64,000 nucleotides of DNA from assembly GCA_963805945.1 (NCBI GenBank), contig CAWDVP010000001.1, positions 352,001 through 416,000 of the forward strand, written 5' to 3'. Below are positions 56,636-64,000 of this stretch, piece by piece. Every line of letters begins with the position of its first letter. Position 1 is the stretch's first letter. A program made the position numbers and the translations under genes. This stretch comes from Vulcanimicrobiota bacterium. Its GTDB lineage: Bacteria; Vulcanimicrobiota; Vulcanimicrobiia; Eremiobacterales; Eremiobacteraceae. The notes under the pieces are model-generated. The model was not told the DNA's origin and searched no databases. It saw only the letters and a list, made by a program, of their open reading frames with translations.

Positions 56636-57724
56636 TCAGACGGCCTCGAGGACGTCGTAGACGAGGTTGCGGCGCGTCGGCACGAAGCCGGCCTCTTCGA
56701 TCGCGCGCTTGAGATCGGAGAGCCCCGTGTTCTGGTCCGTCGTGCTGCCCGCGTCGCGATAGATGCGCTGCTCGTTGTTGACCGGACCGTCGATGTCATC
56801 GGCGCCGAAGTTCAACCCGAGTTGGGCCATCTTGATGCCGTATGAGATCCAATACGCCTTGATGTGGTCGATGTTGTCGAGCATGAGCCGCGACACGGCG
56901 ATGGTCCGCAGATCGTCGATGCTGCCGGTCCAGCCGTACTCGGAGAGCTCGTTCTCCTCAGGATGGAACGCGAGCGGCACGAAGCACTTGAAGCCGCCGG
57001 TCTCCGCCTGCAGCTCGCGCAGCAGCGCGAGGTGCTCCACGCGCTCGGCGACGGTCTCGACGTGGCCGTAGAGCATGGTGCAATTGGTCTTCATGCCGAT
57101 GCGGTGCGCGACACGGTGCACCTCGAGCCATTCCTCGGCGGTCGCTTTGCGCGGACAGACGAGGTCGCGCACGCGCTTGACCAGGATCTCCGCGCCGCCG
57201 CCGTTGAGCGAGGTGACGCCCGCGTCGCGCAGGCGCGTGAGGCCTTCTTCGTACGAACAGCGAGCGCGCTTGCACATGTAGTCGATCTCGGCTGCGGTGA
57301 AGAGCGCGAGCTGCACGTGCGGGATCCGCAGGTGCATCTGCTCGATGACGGGCAGCCAGAACTCCAGGCTGGTCTGTTTGGGATCATGACCGCCGACGAT
57401 ATGCAGTTCGTCGTATTCCACCGGCTCGGCGCACGCCTTGTCGAGGATCTGCTCGGCGGTCCAGCGATACGAACGCGGGTCTTTCTCCCACGCGGCGAAC
57501 GAGCAGAACTTGCAGTCCGCGTAGCAGACGTTGGTGGTGTTCAGATAGCGCTTGAAGACGTAGTAGGCGCGGTCGCCGTTCTTGCGGGTGCGCACCTCGT
57601 GCGCCAGCTTGCCCAACGCGTGGAACGGCGCTCCGCCGTAGAGGTACACGCCGTCGGCGCGGTCCAGCGGTTCACCGGCGCGCACTTTTTCCGCGATCGA
57701 TTCGAATTGGAAGCGGCTGGCCAT
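56636..57724 (-). CDS. mqnE: Aminodeoxyfutalosine synthase
   Basis: TNVCYADCKFCSF, ELHIVGG, TMLYGH, HIKAYW, FGADDIDG. Confidence 0.9.
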   Translation of the reverse strand: MASRFQFESIAEKVRAGEPLDRADGVYLYGGAPFHALGKLAHEVRTRKNGDRAYYVFKRYLNTTNVCYADCKFCSFAAWEKDPRSYRWTAEQILDKACAEPVEYDELHIVGGHDPKQTSLEFWLPVIEQMHLRIPHVQLALFTAAEIDYMCKRARCSYEEGLTRLRDAGVTSLNGGGAEILVKRVRDLVCPRKATAEEWLEVHRVAHRIGMKTNCTMLYGHVETVAERVEHLALLRELQAETGGFKCFVPLAFHPEENELSEYGWTGSIDDLRTIAVSRLMLDNIDHIKAYWISYGIKMAQLGLNFGADDIDGPVNNEQRIYRDAGSTTDQNTGLSDLKRAIEEAGFVPTRRNLVYDVLEAV

Positions 57725-57802
57725 CGAGCCGCCGTTTTCGGCGGGGTGCGAGCGGCGGCCTGTTGTCGTCGCGCGCCGCTCCGCGCGCTATCAGACGCGC
57801 GG

Positions 57803-60067
57803 CTACAGGAGCGTCTGCGTGCCGCGCCGCGGTGCGAGTATAGTCGCAACATGCTCCATGTCGGCATCGCCGACGAGGATCTTGCGCGGCTTCGTGCCTT
57901 CGGCGGGTCCGACGACGCGGAACTGCTCGAGTATCTTCATGAGCCGCACCGCGCGGGGATGGCCGATCTTCAACTCGGCCTGGAGCAGCGCGACAGACGC
58001 CATCTGCCGTTCGACGATGATCTGCGCCGCATCGTACGCGAGTTCGTCGGACGGTCCGTCGCTGTCGTCTTCCATCTCGGACGGGTCGATGGCGAGGCGG
58101 TTCTCCGGGTCGCTCTGCTCGCGCCAGAACTCGCACAAACGCTCGATCTCGTCGCCGGTCACGAGCGCGCCCTGCACGCGCATCGGTTTCGGCGCGTCGA
58201 TGGGCAGGAAGAGCATGTCGCCTCTGCCGAGCAGCCGCTCCGCGCCGGCCATGTCGAGGATGGTGCGCGAATCGACCTGCGACGACACCGCGAAGGCGAT
58301 CCGCGACGGGATGTTCGCCTTGATGAGCCCGGTGATGACGTCGACCGAAGGCCGCTGGGTGGCGATGACGAGATGGATGCCCGTGGCGCGGGCCAGCTGC
58401 GCGATGCGGCAGATGCTCGTCTCGACGCGCGTCGGCGCGACGAGCATGAGGTCTGCCAGCTCGTCGATCGCGACGACGATGTACGGTAGCCGCTCGTCGG
58501 GATGCTGCTGGTTGTACTCTTCGATCTTGCGCACGCCCGCGCGCGCGAAACGCTCGTAGCGGGAATCCATCTCTTTGGTGAGCTCGTAGAGCGCGCCGGC
58601 CGCGATCTTCGGGTCGGTGATGCAGTCGCTGATGAGGTGCGGGATGCCGTTATACGCCGCCAGCTCGACCCGCTTGGGATCGACGAGCAGCATCTGCACC
58701 TGGTCGGGCGTGCAGGTGGCGAGGAGCGAGGCGAGGATGACGTTGAGACAGACGCTCTTGCCCGCTCCGGTCGCGCCGGCGACGAGCAGATGCGGCATGC
58801 GCGTGAGGTCGGCGACGATAGGCCGTCCCGTGATGTCCTTGCCCAGGCCGAACGAGAGCGTGCCCTCGATCTTCGGCACATAGTCGAGGATCTCGCGGAT
58901 CGCGACCAGCGAGACGTTGCTGTTGGGCACTTCGATGCCGACGGCGGCCTTGCCCGGGATCGGCGCTTCGATGCGCACGCTCTGCGCGGCGAGCGCGAGC
59001 TGGATGTTGTCGGATAGCGTCTTGATCGCGCTCACCTTGACGCCTCTGCCCGGCGTGATCTCGTAGCGCGTGACGCTGGGTCCGCGTTCGATGTGCGTCA
59101 CCTTGCCCGCCACGCCGAACGACGCGAGCGTCTCCTCGAGCAGCGCTGCGGCGCTCGCCTCGTTTATGACGCGCTTCTCCGCCGGATTAAATAGCGCGAA
59201 GTCCGGCAGGCGATAGCCTGTGCTTGAATCGCGCACTTTTGGCTTCGGGGCGCGGGGGCGCGCGTTGCCCTCGTCTCCGCTGTAGTGTCCGAGCGCAGTT
59301 CGGGGCTCGTCGGGCTGAACCGGTTGCGGTTCGATGACGACGAGCGACTCTGACGCGACGACCGGTTCTGCGACCACGACCTCGGCGACGACCGGCTCCG
59401 CTATCGGCTCCGCCACGACTGCCTCTGCCATGACCGGCTCCGCGGCGACAGCCTGGGGCGGCAGTCGCACCGGACGGGCCTGATCTTCTTCTTCGTGCGC
59501 GTGCGAGCGGCGCCACGCTTCGCTCGCGGTGGACGTGAGGCTCGTCGCGGCGCCGGCGAGCTTCACGCTTGCGGCGCCGAACATGCGCTTGAGCGAGATG
59601 CCGGTGGGCGTCACCACGAATGCGACGACTGCGAAGACGAGCACGACGTTAGCGCCGGCGGTGCCGAAGAGCGCGCTGAAGCCATGTGCGATGCCGTTGC
59701 CCGCCGCGCCACCCGCGCCTGCCATCCCGAAGAGGCCCGCGAGCGCGAGGAATGCGCCGAGCGCGCAACCCGCGAACGCGGCCATGGTCGAGGGGACGTG
59801 CAGTTCGAGGAAGATGATCGCGGCGATCGCGATCAAGGCGACGACTGCCAGCCATGCCGCCGCGCCGAACCAGGCGCGCAGCGTCGCGTTGGCGGCGATG
59901 CCGAAGAAGCCGGCGTCGTGGGCGGCGATGAGCGAGATCGCCAGAAGCGCCGCGATCACGAAGAGCGCGACGCCAAGGATCTCGAAATTGAGGGTCAGGC
60001 CCGGGAGCGGGTCCACCCGGCGCGAACGCGCCGCTTTCGTGCGCTTCATAACGGTGGTCTTAGCCAC
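57803..60067 (-). CDS. ftsK: DNA translocase FtsK/SpoIIIE
   Basis: N-terminal transmembrane helices, PHLLVAGATGAGKS, IDELADLM, ATQRPSVDV, gamma domain. Confidence 0.96.
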   Translation of the reverse strand: MAKTTVMKRTKAARSRRVDPLPGLTLNFEILGVALFVIAALLAISLIAAHDAGFFGIAANATLRAWFGAAAWLAVVALIAIAAIIFLELHVPSTMAAFAGCALGAFLALAGLFGMAGAGGAAGNGIAHGFSALFGTAGANVVLVFAVVAFVVTPTGISLKRMFGAASVKLAGAATSLTSTASEAWRRSHAHEEEDQARPVRLPPQAVAAEPVMAEAVVAEPIAEPVVAEVVVAEPVVASESLVVIEPQPVQPDEPRTALGHYSGDEGNARPRAPKPKVRDSSTGYRLPDFALFNPAEKRVINEASAAALLEETLASFGVAGKVTHIERGPSVTRYEITPGRGVKVSAIKTLSDNIQLALAAQSVRIEAPIPGKAAVGIEVPNSNVSLVAIREILDYVPKIEGTLSFGLGKDITGRPIVADLTRMPHLLVAGATGAGKSVCLNVILASLLATCTPDQVQMLLVDPKRVELAAYNGIPHLISDCITDPKIAAGALYELTKEMDSRYERFARAGVRKIEEYNQQHPDERLPYIVVAIDELADLMLVAPTRVETSICRIAQLARATGIHLVIATQRPSVDVITGLIKANIPSRIAFAVSSQVDSRTILDMAGAERLLGRGDMLFLPIDAPKPMRVQGALVTGDEIERLCEFWREQSDPENRLAIDPSEMEDDSDGPSDELAYDAAQIIVERQMASVALLQAELKIGHPRAVRLMKILEQFRVVGPAEGTKPRKILVGDADMEHVATILAPRRGTQTLL

Positions 60068-60105
60068 CGTACGTGCGTTCGATGGCGCGCGCGGGCGTTC
60101 CCCCG

Positions 60106-61017
60106 CTACCGGGACCTCGGGTCGAGCGCGTCGCGCAGTCCGTCACCCATGAGATTGAATCCGAGCACCGTGAGCGAGATCGCCAGTCCGGGGAAGAGCA
60201 GCGCCCATGGCGCGCTCAGCCAATAATCGCGCGCGTCGTTGAGCATCGAGCCCCACTCCGCCGTCGGCGGTTGGATGCCCAGACCGAGGTAGGACAGGCC
60301 GGCCGAGTCGAGTTCCGCGGTGCCGACGCCGAGCGTCGCCTGCACCACGAGCGGCGCCAAGATGTTGGGCAGCACGTAGCGCAGCAGCAGCATCGGCGTG
60401 CTGTTGCCCACCGCGCGCCCCGCCTCCACGTATTCCATCTCCTTGACCGAGAGCACCGACGAGCGCGCGATGCGCGCGTACACCGGAATGCCGACGATGC
60501 CGACCGCCAGGAAGATCTTGACGACGTCGCTGACGCGCTGGTCGAGCACCGCTGAGATCGCGATGGCGAGCAGGATGCTCGGGAAGGCGAGCATGACGTC
60601 CATCGCGCCCATGAGCACCGAGTCCACCTGCTTGCCGAAGTAGCCGGCGGCCAGACCGATGGCGGCGCCGATGGCCAGGCCGATGCCGACGCTGATGAAG
60701 CCGATCTCGACCGACAGCCGTGAGCCGTAGAGGAGCCGGGTGAAGATGTCGCGCCCGAGCTTGTCGGTGCCGGCGAGATGCGCGAGCGACGGCGGCAGCG
60801 TGGTGGCCGCGAGGTTCTGCGCGAGCGGATCGCGATGCCCCGACAGCCACGGCGCGAAGATCGCGCACAGCGCGAGCGCGATGATGAGGGTGAGGCCGAT
60901 GAGCGCGGACGGACTCTTGCGGAACGTGCGCCACGCATCGGCGGCCACGGTGGTGTGCGGAGCTTCGAGCGACGCGTCCAGCAGCGTTTCGTCGGCCGTC
61001 AGCACCGCCTCTTGCAA
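60106..61017 (-). CDS. Peptide/nickel ABC transporter permease (DppC-like)
   Basis: GTDKLGRD, EYVEAGRAVG, LSYLGLGIQPPTAEWG, GDGLRDALDP. Confidence 0.93.
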   Translation of the reverse strand: MQEAVLTADETLLDASLEAPHTTVAADAWRTFRKSPSALIGLTLIIALALCAIFAPWLSGHRDPLAQNLAATTLPPSLAHLAGTDKLGRDIFTRLLYGSRLSVEIGFISVGIGLAIGAAIGLAAGYFGKQVDSVLMGAMDVMLAFPSILLAIAISAVLDQRVSDVVKIFLAVGIVGIPVYARIARSSVLSVKEMEYVEAGRAVGNSTPMLLLRYVLPNILAPLVVQATLGVGTAELDSAGLSYLGLGIQPPTAEWGSMLNDARDYWLSAPWALLFPGLAISLTVLGFNLMGDGLRDALDPRSR

Positions 61018-61024
61018 GGAGAGC

Positions 61025-62752
61025 TTACACTTCCATGACGACCGGCACGATCATCGGCCTGCGCTTCGTGCGATCGTAGACGAACTTCTGCAGCCCCTTG
61101 TGCACATGCTCGCGGATGGCCGTCCACTCCGTGATGCCCTGCTTGGCGCCGCTTTCCATGATGTCGGCCGCGGCATGGCGCACGTCTTCGATGACGCCGT
61201 CGCCCTCGCCGCTCGAGCCGAAGGTGAAGCCGCGCGTCGTGATGTCGGGACCGGCGAGCACTTTGCCGTCGGAGCTGTCCACCGTCACCGTCACGACGAG
61301 CATGCCGTCGGCCGAGAGATGCTTGCGATCGCGCAGCACCACTTCGCCGACGTCGCCCACGCCGAGTCCGTCCACGTACACCGGACCGCCGTTGGTCCGC
61401 CCGACCTTCTCCGCGCCTTTGGACGTGAGCTGCAGCGCATCGCCGTTCTCGAGCACGAAGATGTGCGAGCCGTCGATGCCGGTCTGCTGCGCCAGATGCG
61501 CGTGCTGCACGAGCATGCGATACTCGCCGTGCACCGGCATGAAGTACTTCGGCTTGGTGAGATTGAGCATCATGAGCAGCTCTTCTTGGCAGCCGTGGCC
61601 GGAGACGTGCGCCATGCGCTGGCGGCCGTAGATGACGTCGACGCCGAGCTTGTAGAGGTTGTTGATGGTCCGGCCGATGCTGCGCTCGTTGCCCGGGATC
61701 GGCGTCGCCGACAAGATCACGGTGTCGCCGGAGACGAGCTTCACGCGGCGGTGGTCGCGCGACGCCATGCGCACGAGCGCGGAGGTCGGCTCGCCCTGGC
61801 TGCCGGTGGTGCAGATGACCAGCTTGTGCGGCGGATAGTCGTCGATCTCGTGCTCGCGGATCTGTTGGCCCGGCGCGAGCGTCAGGTAGCCATGCTCGAT
61901 CGCGATGCCCGACACGTTGAGCATGCTGCGGCCGACGAAGCAGATCTTACGGTCGTACTTCGCCGCGGCGTCCACCGTCTGCTGGAGGCGCGGCACGTTC
62001 GACGCGAACATGGTCACGATGATGCGGCCGTCGCAATGCGCGAAGATGTCCTTGAACGTCTCGCCGACGACCCGCTCGGACGGCGTGTGCCCGGGGATCT
62101 CGGCGTTGGTCGAATCGGAGCACAGCAGCAGCACGCCCTCTTCGCCGTAGCGCGCGAGCGTCGCGATGTCGGACGGGCGGCCGTCGATGGGCGTCTGGTC
62201 GAACTTGAAGTCGCCCGTGTGGACGACGACGCCCTGCGGCGTGGTGAGCGCGATCGAGCACGAGCCCGCGACGCTGTGGGTGATCGAGATGAAGTCGGCG
62301 CTGAACGAGCCGAGGTGGATCTCCTCGCCTGGTTCGATCACGTGCAGATCCGCGCGATCGAGCAGCTTGTGCTCCTTGAGCTTGCCGCGCAGCAATGCGA
62401 GGGTGACGTCGGTGCCGTACACTGGCACGTTGAGCTGGGCGAGGAAGTAGGCGACGCCGCCGATGTGGTCCTCGTGGGCGTGGGTGAGCAGCAGTCCGCG
62501 CACTTTCTTCGCGCGCTCACGGAGGTACGAGATGTCGTTGATGACGAGATCGACGCCGAGCATCTCCTCTTCGGGGAACTGCACTCCGGCGTCGATGACG
62601 ACGATGTCGTCATTGGTCTCATAGACGGTCATATTGCGGCCGATCTCGCCGCAGCCGCCGAGCGGTATGACGCGCAGATAGGGGGCGCGCGGCGCTTCGG
62701 CGAGGCCCTCATCGCCTGTGCGAGGGGCTACCGGAAAAAATTCGTGTTGCAT
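61025..62752 (-). CDS. rnj: Ribonuclease J
   Basis: PLGGCGEIGRNM, THAHEDHIG, TGSQGEP, HVSGHG, PVHGE. Confidence 0.97.
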   Translation of the reverse strand: MQHEFFPVAPRTGDEGLAEAPRAPYLRVIPLGGCGEIGRNMTVYETNDDIVVIDAGVQFPEEEMLGVDLVINDISYLRERAKKVRGLLLTHAHEDHIGGVAYFLAQLNVPVYGTDVTLALLRGKLKEHKLLDRADLHVIEPGEEIHLGSFSADFISITHSVAGSCSIALTTPQGVVVHTGDFKFDQTPIDGRPSDIATLARYGEEGVLLLCSDSTNAEIPGHTPSERVVGETFKDIFAHCDGRIIVTMFASNVPRLQQTVDAAAKYDRKICFVGRSMLNVSGIAIEHGYLTLAPGQQIREHEIDDYPPHKLVICTTGSQGEPTSALVRMASRDHRRVKLVSGDTVILSATPIPGNERSIGRTINNLYKLGVDVIYGRQRMAHVSGHGCQEELLMMLNLTKPKYFMPVHGEYRMLVQHAHLAQQTGIDGSHIFVLENGDALQLTSKGAEKVGRTNGGPVYVDGLGVGDVGEVVLRDRKHLSADGMLVVTVTVDSSDGKVLAGPDITTRGFTFGSSGEGDGVIEDVRHAAADIMESGAKQGITEWTAIREHVHKGLQKFVYDRTKRRPMIVPVVMEV

Positions 62753-62838
62753 GCCTTGATACGATTAAGGCGCGCGACGCCGTAGGCCTGCCGGGGCTAC
62801 GACATATGGCGGTCCCGCTGCGGCGCCCGAAGGCAGAC

Positions 62839-63351
62839 CTACGGGAAAAGTGACCAGCGCAATGCCACGGGTCGGATCGCGCCGGCCACGGCGAGCTCGA
62901 TGTGCCGCGACGCCCCCGGCGCAAGATCGAGCGCGATGCTCGCAGACGTTTCACTGCCGTCCGCGCCATGCAGACGCACGGTCACCAACGGCGCGGCCGG
63001 GACGGCGGCGGTGTTGCGGATGGTCGCGCGCACGACCGCACCGCCAAACGAGTCTCGCAGCACGATGGTGGGACCGATCTCGATACCGCCTGGCAGCGCA
63101 AGCACCTTCGCATCTTCCAGCAGCGGGTCGAGCGTGTGCGCGCGAGCGAGGAATTCCGAGAGCATCGCCTGCCTGCGCTCGTACATCGCGATCCGCGCGA
63201 GACGGATGACGCGGCGGCGCAAAAGGCGTTCTTGTGCCGTCGACATGCCGACAGGCACGCGGATCGCGGCCGCATGCGCGTGCCGTTTCGCATGCGCGGG
63301 CAGCGGCCAAGCGGCGAGCGCGATGAGCAGCAGGGCGTACAGCAACCGCAT
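62839..63351 (-). CDS. Hypothetical secreted protein
   Basis: Signal peptide MRLLYALLLIALAAWPLPAHA; beta-rich C-terminus. Confidence 0.6.
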   Translation of the reverse strand: MRLLYALLLIALAAWPLPAHAKRHAHAAAIRVPVGMSTAQERLLRRRVIRLARIAMYERRQAMLSEFLARAHTLDPLLEDAKVLALPGGIEIGPTIVLRDSFGGAVVRATIRNTAAVPAAPLVTVRLHGADGSETSASIALDLAPGASRHIELAVAGAIRPVALRWSLFP

Positions 63352-63468
63352 GCTCCCTTCATCCCCCATGCGCGGCGGGTCGTCAAGGCGATTTTTCGGC
63401 GACCTCCATGGCGGACACCAACCCGTCCGTGGTGAACCTTAACGCCCAATGGAGGATCGCACTATATA

Positions 63469-64000
63469 ATGAAGATCTTCAGCGCATCTGCCTGGGCATT
63501 CGCCGTCCTGTTGGCGGCGGCTTCGATGGCATCTCCGGCTCGTGCCGCGAGTACCCCGCTCGCTCCGGACGGCACGTACAATTACGACGTCAAAGAGGGC
63601 GACGTCTCGATCGGCGGCAGCGTCGTCACGATCAAACGGACCGGCAACGTCGTCAGCCTCCACGAAGCACAGACCCTCACCAAGACGCAGTACGGAGTCA
63701 TCCAGTCGACCGCCGATCTCGCGCTCATCGCGGAGAGTCTCGAACCATTATCCTACAGCGGATCGTACCTCGCGTCCGGCAAGATCACCGAGGTCAGGTT
63801 CGTCATGCAGAACGGCATGGGCGCGTTCTCCGCTAACGGCCAGCGCCTCATCGTGCCTGTGCGCGTGCTCCCCGGCACGCAAGGCATGGCCGTGCAGGAG
63901 CAATTATTCGCCCTGAGCTTCATCCCCATACCGCCGCTCGTGCAGATCGCGAGAGCGACCTCGCTGACGGTCGCCGACCCGACCCAAGCCCTGACCCACG
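63469..64000 (+). CDS. Hypothetical secreted protein (runs off the window)
   Basis: GGAGG upstream; ATG at 63469 gives MKIFSASAWAFAVLLAAASMASPARA/ASTP; frame stays open to the window end. Confidence 0.7.
   Translation, partial: MKIFSASAWAFAVLLAAASMASPARAASTPLAPDGTYNYDVKEGDVSIGGSVVTIKRTGNVVSLHEAQTLTKTQYGVIQSTADLALIAESLEPLSYSGSYLASGKITEVRFVMQNGMGAFSANGQRLIVPVRVLPGTQGMAVQEQLFALSFIPIPPLVQIARATSLTVADPTQALTH

Noticed and set aside
59350..59450. AEPV-like repeats in ftsK
   Set aside because: Ordinary low-complexity FtsK linker.

Overview
GC-rich bacterial chromosomal window, mostly minus-strand housekeeping operons: secDF, modABC, glyQS-ppdK-dgt-dnaG-rpoD, rlmN/udg, prfB, hpf-secA, rodZ-yajQ-rimO, mnmA, futalosine mqnE/A/C, ftsK and rnj. 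The gene order is Terrabacteria-like. A soil lineage such as Eremiobacterota is a plausible but unproven guess. Many genes, including essential glyQS, carry single-base frameshifts that look like long-read consensus errors; only prfB has a genuine programmed +1 frameshift. The most unusual signals are: (1) a REP-like palindrome, GATGGAG-CGGTCGAAT-NN-ATTCGACCG, found both between genes and in frame inside four protein genes, read in three different frames, with one compensatory stem mutation; (2) an ~11-kb accessory region between prfB and secA whose gene modules are separated by two further repeat families and by rearranged copies of the secA 3' end; (3) a compact, strongly diverged flagellar export cluster directly upstream of secDF; (4) a stand-alone membrane protein with two PmoC/AmoC-like metal motifs; (5) a secreted protein with 15-aa Gly/Ser/Asn/Phe repeats, a G1 glutamic peptidase and a PPDK with a histone-H1-like N-terminal tail. 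No rRNA, tRNA, CRISPR array, integrase or transposase was recognised.
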